The notes beneath the pieces were generated by a model, which saw nothing but the letters and a program-made list of their open reading frames with translations, was not told the origin of the DNA and did no database searches. Shown piece after piece: positions 40,154 to 49,036 of a stretch of DNA of 64,000 nt. The DNA is from an uncultured Pseudomonadota bacterium (GTDB taxonomy: Bacteria; Myxococcota_A; Polyangia; Fen-1088). The stretch spans positions 19,514 through 83,513 of the forward strand of contig CAVRRT010000088.1 of assembly GCA_963723305.1 (NCBI GenBank), in the 5' to 3' direction. The stretch's first letter is position 1; each line of letters begins with the position of its first letter. The translations under genes were made by a program, and so were the position numbers.

Positions 40154-41886
40154 CTGAAACCCGCGAACATATTCAGTTTGGGCCTTACGTCGTCGTCCGC
40201 GTGTCGGGCGCGGGGGGGATGGGGAGGATTGAGCTGGCATTGCGGGCGGACGCGAAGGATCCCGACGTCTGCGTGATCAAGCGGCTGCATGGGGCGGTGA
40301 ATGATGAGGAGCAGGAGGCGCGGTTTCGGCGGGAGGCGCAGATTGCGGCGCGGCTCGAGCACGAGAACATCGCGCGCACGCTGCGGACGGAGAAGATCGA
40401 CGGGGAGCTCTGCATCGCGCAGGAGTTCGTCGAGGGGGTGAATCTGGGGAAGGTGATGCGGCAGCTCGGCGCGCGGCCGGTGCCGGTCGCGGTCGCGGTT
40501 CATGTCGTGCGCGAGGTCGCACGCGGGCTGGGGTACGCGCACGGTTTTGGCAAGCTCGGCATCGTCCACCGCGACGTGACGCCGGAGAACGTCATGTTGT
40601 CGTTCGCGGGCGACGTGAAGTTGATCGACTTCGGGATCGCGCGCTCTACCGTCGACGGCACGCTGACCAACACCGGCGTCGTCGTCGGGCGGCGCAGCTA
40701 CGTTCCGCCCGAAGCGTGGGAGGGCGAGAAGGTCGACGCGCGCGCTGACGTTTTCGCGCTGGGGGTGGTCCTCTGGGAGCTGCTCACGGGCCGCCGCGCC
40801 GAGGAGACGCACGAGCCGACGCTCCCCGAACCGGCGACGCTGAACGCCGAGGTACAGCCGCTGCTGAGCCAGGTCGTCGCGCGGGCGATGGCGCACGCGC
40901 CCCACGATCGCCATCAGTCGGCCGACGAGCTCTCGGCGGCGCTGGCGGCGTTCGTGCCGCCCGGCAGCGACCCGCGGCAGGAGCTGACCGATCTGCTGGG
41001 GCTCTGCTTCAACGTTGCGCTTCAGCAGAAGCTCCTGGCGGAGGAGATCGCCGAGGCGAAGCAGTTCGTGCGCGCCCGGCGCGTCGCGCCTGCCTCGGCC
41101 TCCCTCACCGAGGTGATCACGCCGCCACCCGCGGCACCGACGGTCATCATGGCCGCGCAGACGACCAGCAAGCGGCGCAGCGGCAATGGACCCTGGATCG
41201 CCGCTGGCGTGGCCGCGATCGTGGCCACCTCCGGGATCGGCCTGCTTCGCACGCACGGGCGCACGGCACGCGCGCGCGCCTCGGCGGCGTCGCTGGTCGC
41301 CGAGCCGTCGCCGGCTCCCGTCGCGGCGTCGCCTGCGGCGCCGGTTCTTGCCGCGGCCGCCGCCGCGACCGGCGCGGCGCCCGCGGCGCCGCTGCTCGCA
41401 CCGCCGGCGCAGACACCGGACTGGCCGGTCGCGCCCCTGGCGCACGGCGCGCCCCTGGCGCACGGCGCGCCCCTGGCGCACGGCGCGCCCCTGGCGCACG
41501 GCGCGCCCGCGACCAAGCTGCCGGCGGCGATCGCGGCGCGCGTTCCGTCGACGGCGAACGAGGCGCGGCGAGTCGCCGGACGCGCTCCTGATTCGATCGG
41601 CCGCAATCCGCACAACACCCGCGCCGACCAGCTGCTCCGGCAGGCCAACGATCTGTGGGAGCGCGGAAACTCGCCGGGCGCCTACGCGCTGGCGCGCCAG
41701 GCGCTGGCGGCCGGGGCCGGCGCGCCCGCGCACGTTTTGCTGGGGACGCTGCTCATCAACATGCGGAACTACGCCGCGGCCGAGCCGGAGCTGGCGACCG
41801 CCGTGCGGCTCGATCCCCGCAACGCCGAGGCCCGCCGCATGCTGGCGCTGCTGCACACGACGACCGACGAGCAGCAGAGCAAGTAG
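40150..41886 (+). CDS. Ser/Thr kinase with TM helix, Ala/Pro linker and C-terminal TPR
   Basis: GAGGMG, VIKRL, HRDVTPEN, DFG, YVPPE; TM WIAAGVAAIVATSGIGLL; TPR AHVLLGTLL..AVRLDPRNAEARR; ATGA overlap with the upstream gene. Confidence 0.93.
   Translation: MTETREHIQFGPYVVVRVSGAGGMGRIELALRADAKDPDVCVIKRLHGAVNDEEQEARFRREAQIAARLEHENIARTLRTEKIDGELCIAQEFVEGVNLGKVMRQLGARPVPVAVAVHVVREVARGLGYAHGFGKLGIVHRDVTPENVMLSFAGDVKLIDFGIARSTVDGTLTNTGVVVGRRSYVPPEAWEGEKVDARADVFALGVVLWELLTGRRAEETHEPTLPEPATLNAEVQPLLSQVVARAMAHAPHDRHQSADELSAALAAFVPPGSDPRQELTDLLGLCFNVALQQKLLAEEIAEAKQFVRARRVAPASASLTEVITPPPAAPTVIMAAQTTSKRRSGNGPWIAAGVAAIVATSGIGLLRTHGRTARARASAASLVAEPSPAPVAASPAAPVLAAAAAATGAAPAAPLLAPPAQTPDWPVAPLAHGAPLAHGAPLAHGAPLAHGAPATKLPAAIAARVPSTANEARRVAGRAPDSIGRNPHNTRADQLLRQANDLWERGNSPGAYALARQALAAGAGAPAHVLLGTLLINMRNYAAAEPELATAVRLDPRNAEARRMLALLHTTTDEQQSK
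41431..41508 (+). repeat. Perfect 18-bp tandem repeat x4.3 encoding (APLAHG)n
   Basis: GCGCCCCTGGCGCACGGC repeated four times plus GCGCCC. Confidence 0.95.
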
Positions 41887-42111
41887 CGGCGCGACGAGGC
41901 GTGATGGCGGTCAAAATGCGCGGCGGGCGAAGTCGACGTCCGCGGTGAGCCTGACGGGCCTCCAACTGCTACTGCAGTTAGAATGGCGGCGACCGCAACA
42001 CAGCCGGCAGCTTTCCAGACGAGCCCGGTGCTCCGCGCAGATCGCGGGGACGGGCTATGACGCCGGGAGATTCCGCGCTATGAATGCTGGAAATCCGGCC
42101 GAGGTGATCCG

Positions 42112-45100
42112 ATGGTCGAGATTCCCGACTCTCTCGTTGAGAGGCTCAAGGCGCGTCAGGTCGTCCTGGTCACGGGTCTTGGTTGCAGCGAGCTGGCTGG
42201 CGCGCCGAGCTGGAAGACATTCATCGAATCGCTCGCCGATCGTCCGGTGTTCTCGGACGTGCGCGCACAGATCGCCGGGCTCATCGCCGCCGGGCGGCTC
42301 GGCGACGCGCTCGCGCTGATCCGCGATCTGCTCCCCCCGGCGCAGATCGAGGAGGCGATCGATCAGGCCTTCCGAGACGGGGCGCCGTTGCCCGACAGCG
42401 TCAGGCAGGCGGCCGACTTCCCCTGGCGCGCGGTGGTGACGACCGCCTTCGACGACCAGTGGGCGCGCGCGCTGGCGACGGCCACCGGGCGCCGCGATCC
42501 GCTGCGCGTGCTGGTCGGCATCGACGCCTCGGCGCGCGCGCAGTTCGGCGGGCCGGACACGCCGCTCTTGCACCTGTGCGGGCGGCGGGCGCTCCCCAAG
42601 AGCCTGTGCGTCGGGCCGGCGGAGGCGCGCGTGCGCCTCCTGCCGTCGGCCGGGATCGCCTGGCTCGATCAGCTGCGCCGCCGCCGGTCACTGGTGTTCA
42701 TCGGGTTTCGACCGACCGATCCCGATCTGGTCTGGCTGTCGTCCTGGCTCGGCGCGCACCCGGCCGCCGGCGGACCGCACTATCTCTTCCTCGATCTCTC
42801 GGCCGAGGCGGACCCCGACCGTGAGGCGATGGTCTGGGAGCTGCGCACCGGCCTCACCATCCTCCCCTGCCTCGAGGGGACCGCCGAGGCGATGGCCCGC
42901 CTGGCGAAGATCGCCGGATCGATCGGCACCCAGCTTCCCGGCTCGGACGGCGACGTCGATCTCGCTGCCTTGCTCGATCGCTGGGCGCGCAACCCGGCCG
43001 ATCCCGAGCCGCGCCAGGTCTTGGCCCGCGCCGAGTCGGCCTTGCGCGATGAAGAGCGCTGGGACCGCCTGGTCGAGCTCTTGCTCCGGCGCCTCGATCT
43101 GCAGGACGATCCGCGGCAGCAGATCGCGGCGCTGGGCGAGGTGGCGCGCCTCTTTCGCGACAGGCTCGACGCGCCCGAGCGGGCGCTCAAGGCGGAGATC
43201 GTCATGCTGCGGCTGCTCCCCACCGACGACGATCTGTGGGAGCGGCTGCGCGCCGACGCGCGCGCCGGCGCCGCCTGGGGGGCGCTGGCGACCGAGGCCC
43301 GCTGGGTCGCCGAGATGGCCGGCGCCACCCCCGCCGCCACCCGCATCTGGCGCGAGATCGCCCGCGTCGAGCGCGAGGAGCTCGATCGCCCCGCCGACGC
43401 GCTCGCCTCCTACGACCAGGCGCTGCTGGCGACGCCGGGACACCGCGAGGCGCGCGCCGAACAGATCGCGCTGCTCCGGGCGCTCGGCCGCTGGAGCGAG
43501 CTGGTGGCCGCGCTCAAGGCGTCGGCGGCCGAGACCGACGAGCCCGACCAGGCGATCGCCGGGCTGCTGGAGGCGGGCGAGATCCTCGAGGGGCCGGCCA
43601 ACGATCCCAACGGGGCCGTCGCCGCCTACGAGGCGACGCTGGCCATCGCCCCCGAGCGCGAGCGCGCCGTCACCGCGCTCGAGCGGCTCTACACGCGCGA
43701 GAAGCGCTGGGCCGATCTGGCGGCGCTGCTCGAGCGGCGGGCCGATCGCCTGCCGGCCAGCGAGGCGTCGGCGCTCCGCCACCGGCGCGTCGAAATTCTG
43801 GTCGATCATCTGGACGCGCTCGGACAGGCGGCGGAGCAGCTGGAGGCGCTGGCGGCGGAGGGGGATCGCAGCGCGCTCTTCAAGCTCGAGCAGATCTACC
43901 GGCGCGCCGAGCGGCACGACGACTATCTGCAGATCTTGCGCCGGCTGGCGGACGCCGCCGGCAACCAGCCCGAACGGATCGCGGCGCTGCGCCGCCTGGC
44001 GGCCGAGGCGGAGGCTCTCCCCGACGGTGAGGAGCAGGCCGCGCGCGCGCTCGACGAGATCTTGCGGCTCGATCCGCGCGACGCCGAGGCGTTCGGGGCG
44101 CTCACCAAGCTCTGTCGTGAGGGGGGACGCTTCGCGGCGCTGGCCGAGGCGCTGTCGCGGCGCCTCGAGGTCACGGAGACGGCGGAGGCGAAACGGGAGC
44201 TGCTGGTCTCGCTGGCCCAGATCTACGAGGACGAGCTCGAGGATCCCGAGCGCGCGCTCGACGCCTACGTCGCGGCCCGGAGCGCCGGCGATCGGCGCGA
44301 GGAGATCCACGAGGCGACGGCGCGGCTGGCGGAGCGCCTCAAGCGCTGGCCGCTCTGCGCCGAAGCGCTGGGGGCCTGGGCCGACGCCGCGACCGAGCCG
44401 GAGCTGCGCGCGGAGGTCCTGGTCGAAGCGGCGCGCGTCTTCGTCGAGCACCTCTCCGATGGCCCGGCGGCCGAGGCGGCGCTGGAACGGGTGGCCGCGC
44501 TGGCCCCCGAGCATCCGCGGGCGCTCGCCATCCTGGGACGGGTGCGCGAGGAAGGCGGCGGCTACGACCAGGCCGTGGCGCTCTACGAGCGGGCGGCCGG
44601 CAAGGAGCCCGACCGGAGCGAGCAGTCGGCGCTCCTCACCCGGGCCGCCGTCGTGCTGATGGAGCACGGCAAGGATGAGGACCGCGCCGCCGATCTCCTG
44701 GTGCGCGCGCTGGCGGCCGATCCCGGTCACCGCGACGCCAACGAGCGGCTGGTCGACGTCTACACCCGCCGCGAGCAGTGGGCCGACGTCGAGGCGCTGC
44801 TCGATCGTGAGGTGGCGAGCGCCCAGGCGGCGGCGCCGGCGGCAACGGGGGCAACAGTGCAAGGAAACGACGCCGATCGGCTGGCCGCGCTGCAGACGCA
44901 GCTCGGGCGAACGGCGTTGGCGCTGGGGAAGCCGGACAAGGCGCTCGCTTGCCTGGAGAGCGCGCACCGGCTCCGTCCCGAGCTGCTGCCGATGCTGCGC
45001 ACCTTCGCCGATTTCCGCTACGGACGCGATGAGTGGCAGGAGGCCGTCGCGCTCTACGAGTCGCTGCTGCGCCTGCACCGCGCCTCGCTGCCGACCGCCG

Positions 45101-46942
45101 AGCTGCCGGACCTCTTCTTGCGCCTCGGCCGGGCCAAGGGTGCGCTCGCCGACCCGGAGGGGGCGCTCGTCGCCACCCGTGAGGCGGCGGTGCTGGCGCC
45201 ACATTCACGGGCCGCGCGTGAGGCGCTCGCGCTGCTGCTGGCGGCGAAGCAAGATTGGGCCGGCTGGGTCGCCGAGCGCGAGGCGCTGGCCGGCATCATC
45301 GCCGAGCCGGAGCGGGGCGGCGTCTGGGAGGAGATCGCCGACGCCAGCGCGACGCACCTCGGTGACCGCGCCCGTGCCGAGGCCGCCTACCGCCGCGCCT
45401 TCGAGGCGGAGCCCACGCGGCGGGCGCCGATCGAGAAGCTGCTGGCGATCTACAAGGACGAGAGCCGGTTCGAGCCGGCGATCGAGATGCTGGCGGCGCT
45501 GGCCCAGATCGAAGCGGCGCCGGCCGCGCGGGCGGCGCTGCGGCGCGAGGCGGCCCGGCTGCTGCTCGACCAGGTGAATCGGCCCCTGGAGGCGGCGGCG
45601 ATGCTGGAACGCGCGCTCGACGACGCGCCCGACATGATCGACGCCTTCGACGAGCTGTGCCGCCTGCGTGAGGACGCCATGGATTGGGAGGGGTTGGTGG
45701 CCAGCCACCGCACCATGCTCGAGCGCTTGCCGCCCGAGGCGCCGCGCCCGCTCCGGCTGCGGCTCTGGACGCGCATGGGGAACGTGGCGCTGCGCCAGCT
45801 GCGCGATCGCAAGCTGGCCATGACCGCCTTCGAAGCGGCGGTGACGCTCGATCCCGAGGACCACGCCAAGCAGGAGACGCTGGCCCACGTCTACGAGCTG
45901 GTAGGGCCCGACGCGCGGGCGCGCGCCATCGCCGCGCACCAGCGGCTCATCGCCCACGATCCCCACCGCACCGACTCCTACCTGGCGCTGGCCAAGCTCT
46001 ACGGCGAGACCGGCGAGACCGACAAACGGTGGTGCGTCGCCGCGACGCTCTGGTACCTGAAGAAGATCACCCCCGCGCTCGACGAGCTGTTCCGGCGCCA
46101 CCGTCCGCCCCGGGTGCGGGGAGCCGAGCGGCCGTTCACCGAGGAGACCTGGAGCCGGGTGCGCCATCCCGACGAGGACCCGCGCATCGGCGACATGTTC
46201 GGCGTCGCCTCACCGTTTCTCGCCGTGTCGGCCGCCTACGATCCGTCCCACGTCGGGATCAAAAAGCGCGGGCAGGTCGACCTCACGCACGACGGCAGCC
46301 TCTGGGCGCAAACGCTGGTTGCGCTGGCCAGGACGCTGGGGCTCCCGCTCCCCGACGTCTACACGATGGAGGGCGAGTCGGGGCAGACCACCCTGGTCAA
46401 CGTCCGCCACCGCAGCGGCCCGCGGCCGACGCTTCTGCTCGGCCCGCCGACGATGCGGCGAAACAGCTTCGATCTGGTCTTCGACCTGGCGCCGCATTTT
46501 TCGTTCCTGCGCCCCGAACGCTTCCCCAAGGTGGCGCTGCGGACGCCGGCGATTCTCCACGGCGTCCTCGGGGTGTTGCGCGCGCTCGGCAAACCGAACG
46601 GGGGGCCGCCGCTCGACGGCGAGGCCGGTCAGCTCAAGGCGCACCTCGGGCGGGCCATGCCGCCCGCCGCGCTGGCCAAGCTGGCCGAGGCCAGCAGCAA
46701 GCTGGGGGCCGACGCAGAGCCGGTCGACATCGAGAAGTGGATCGCGGCGACGGATTCTGTCGGCCGCCCGCCTGGCGCTGGCCCTCACCGGCGAGCTGGC
46801 GGCGGCGTTCCGGGTGATCTCCAGCGAGCCGATCCCGCTTTCGACGATCCCCGCCCACCGCCGGATGGCCGACCTGGTGGCGTTCTCCGTCAGCGACGAC
46901 TACTTCACGGTCCGAAGCCAGCTGGGGCTGGCGATCGCCTAG
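42112..46942 (+). CDS. Giant protein: N-terminal SIR2-like domain with substituted catalytic residues, long TPR array, conserved myxobacterial-type C-terminal domain (frameshift near 46760)
   Basis: VVLVTGLGCS..G.PSW, VVTTAFDD, LLHLCG, LVFIGF..DPD; many TPR-like units (LERLY..EKRWADLAALLE); C-terminus ..SAARLALALTGEL..DLVAFSVSDDYFTVRSQLGLAIA in ORF 46319..46942. Confidence 0.85.
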
Positions 46943-47870
46943 TCAGCGATCTCAACCTGGGCCCGCGCCGCGCCAGCACCGCCAGGCCGGCCGCGGTGAC
47001 CGGGACGACCTGCACCACGTGGTAGAGGACCGCGAAGGCGACCGCCGCCGGCTTCCCGATCCTGGCCAGGACCAGGACCACCGCGGCGGCGCTCTCGAAC
47101 GTTCCCGCGGCGGCCGGCAGCGCCGGGACCGAGATGGCCAGGTTGATGCCGAGCAGGACGACGACCGCCAGCACCGGCCCTACCGTGAGCCCGATGGCGC
47201 GGGCGCAGAGCATGATCATGACGATCTCGCAGGTCCAGGCCCCGAGCGACGCGCCCAGCGCCTCGGCGGTCGCCCCCGAGCTCCGGAGAACGGAGATCCC
47301 AGGAGCGATCCGGGCGGCCAGCGTCCGCAGGAACCCGGGACCGCCAATCCCGCGAGCGTCCGTGGTTCGTCGGAGGATGGCGAGCGCACCGACCGCCACC
47401 CCCAGGGCGACCGCGCCGGCGCCGAGCGCCCACGACTGCTCGGGCGCGAAGCAGGTGGCGAGCAGGCCCAGCGCCGCCAGGACCGCGACCTCAAGCAACT
47501 TCTCGACCACGGCGATCGCCGTGGCGGTCGACTTGGAGATCCCCGCGCAGCTCTCCAGCATGTAGAGGCGCGCCACGTCGCCCGCCCGCAAGGGGAAGAC
47601 GTTGTTGAGCGCCGACGAGGTCAGCACGGCGAGAAACAGATCCCCGAACGAGGCCCGCGCCGGAGCGAGCAACAGCCGCAGCCGCGCGGTCCGGATCATC
47701 AGCATCAACCCGTTGAGGGCGACCACGGCGCCCAGCAGATCGAGCCTGGCGCGCCGGATCGCCGCCCAGACCTCGCCCCAACTCAAACGATGGGCGACCA
47801 GGGCGACGGCCGCCACCCCCACCAGGCCGCGCGCCGCCAGGGCCGCTACCCGGCGCCGCCGCGTGGGCAC
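46905..47870 (-). CDS. Lysylphosphatidylglycerol-synthase TM-domain (flippase-like, UPF0104) protein
   Basis: NNVFPLRAGDVAR, VVEKLLE, PALPAAAGTFE, FAVLYH; GAGGAA before GTG 47870. Confidence 0.88.
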   Translation of the reverse strand: MPTRRRRVAALAARGLVGVAAVALVAHRLSWGEVWAAIRRARLDLLGAVVALNGLMLMIRTARLRLLLAPARASFGDLFLAVLTSSALNNVFPLRAGDVARLYMLESCAGISKSTATAIAVVEKLLEVAVLAALGLLATCFAPEQSWALGAGAVALGVAVGALAILRRTTDARGIGGPGFLRTLAARIAPGISVLRSSGATAEALGASLGAWTCEIVMIMLCARAIGLTVGPVLAVVVLLGINLAISVPALPAAAGTFESAAAVVLVLARIGKPAAVAFAVLYHVVQVVPVTAAGLAVLARRGPRLRSLTRRSPAPAGFGP

Positions 47871-47874
47871 TTCC

Positions 47875-48780
47875 TCACCCGACCTGATGGGATCGCCTGC
47901 GCAACGCCGCCGCCGCCTGCCCCTCGGCCGGAACAAAGCGCTCGACGCGCGCGGGCTCGCCGTCCCGGGGCTGCGCGGCCTGCGCGGTCTGCGCCGGCGG
48001 GAGCGCTGGACCGTCGAGCCGCTTCATCGTCCAGATGATGCGGGCGACGGCGGTCCCGGTGTTGAGCAGGGCCAGGATGACCAGCGTCCCGGCGGTGATC
48101 GCATAGATCGGATGCGGCACGAACCCTTCGAATCGGTGCCCGATGAACGGCGAGATGGCCAGCGCCGTCGAGAGCAGCGTGATCCGGTCGGCCCGCTGCA
48201 TGAGCCCCTCGGCGCCGGTCAGGCCCAGCGCCTCGGCGCGCGTCCGGGCGTAGCTGATGACGAACGACATGATGAGCGCCACCAGCGCGGCGTACACGAT
48301 CGGGGACCCCGCGTAGTAGACGACGCAGCCGCCGAACATGAGGCCGTCGGAAAGCCGGTCGATGGTCGAGTCGAAGAACGCGCCGCGCGGGCTCGAGAGG
48401 TGCTGCGCGCGGGCGACCTCGCCGTCCATCACGTCCAGCGCGCCCGTGGCGACGAGCAGAGAGCCGCCCAGCGCGAAGTGGCCCGTCGCGATGGCGATCG
48501 CCGTCAGCAGTGACACCACCAGCCCGAGCCCGGTGAAGAAGCTCGCCGACTGCCCGCTCCGGATGGCGAGCCGACAGACCGGCCTCGTCAACCAATAAAA
48601 GTATCCGATGAGCAGGGGGGCCAGCAGGCGCCGACCAGCGCCCCGCGGGCGCAGCGTCGGCAGGGCCGACAGGCCGAGCCGCACACGCACGGCGTAGGTG
48701 ACAAGCGGTATCGAGAAGAACAGCAAGAACCCCACGAGAAACACCAGGTCCAGCGCCTGCAGTGACAGATGGGGAGTCAC
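47875..48780 (-). CDS. CDP-alcohol phosphatidyltransferase (PI/PIP-synthase-like)
   Basis: Signature DVMDGEVAR..GAFFDSTIDRLSD; ISYARTRAEALG..GLMQRADR; AAGGAGG RBS before GTG 48780. Confidence 0.93.
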   Translation of the reverse strand: MTPHLSLQALDLVFLVGFLLFFSIPLVTYAVRVRLGLSALPTLRPRGAGRRLLAPLLIGYFYWLTRPVCRLAIRSGQSASFFTGLGLVVSLLTAIAIATGHFALGGSLLVATGALDVMDGEVARAQHLSSPRGAFFDSTIDRLSDGLMFGGCVVYYAGSPIVYAALVALIMSFVISYARTRAEALGLTGAEGLMQRADRITLLSTALAISPFIGHRFEGFVPHPIYAITAGTLVILALLNTGTAVARIIWTMKRLDGPALPPAQTAQAAQPRDGEPARVERFVPAEGQAAAALRRRSHQVG

Positions 48781-48944
48781 GGCCCGACCTCCTTCTGCGG
48801 TGGGATGTCGTCGACGACCCACAGCCGTTCTGTGATCACGACCCACATCAGCTTCAGGTAGGCCAGGACGGTCAGTTGACCAAGGCGCCCAACAAGCACG
48901 AGCTGGCTTCGCAACGTCGTAGTCCTACTGATTGAGTTAACCAT
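48777..48944 (-). CDS. Putative 55-aa small protein coupled to the CDP-alcohol phosphotransferase
   Basis: MVNSISRTTTLRSQLVLVGRLGQLTVLAYLKLMWVVITERLWVVDDIPPQKEVGP; TGA overlaps the downstream GTG (GTGA). Confidence 0.45.
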   Translation of the reverse strand: MVNSISRTTTLRSQLVLVGRLGQLTVLAYLKLMWVVITERLWVVDDIPPQKEVGP

Positions 48945-48963
48945 CTGAACCACCCTCGCCAGA

Positions 48964-48979
48964 TGCAAGCGCGGCACCG
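48964..48979 (-). promoter_or_regulatory. Possible sigma54 (-24/-12) element
   Basis: CGGTGCCGCGCTTGCA: GG-N10-GC with TTGCA; weak -24 match. Confidence 0.3.
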
Positions 48980-49036
48980 CCGCCCGTGCCGGGCGCGCCG
49001 GCCCGTAACACAGCGGAAGCGCAGGCGGCGCGGCTG

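Noticed and set aside
41431-41508. Tandem repeats (also 35150-35470, 61040-61087, 62400-62760) as a CRISPR array
   Set aside because: No unique spacers, all in frame inside coding linkers, and no cas genes.
42112-42950. Calling the SIR2-TPR gene a known defence system (Thoeris, DSR, Avs)
   Set aside because: Catalytic Asn and His are substituted, no STAND NTPase, TIR or other defence genes are adjacent, and the C-terminal part is of the myxobacterial giant-TPR type.
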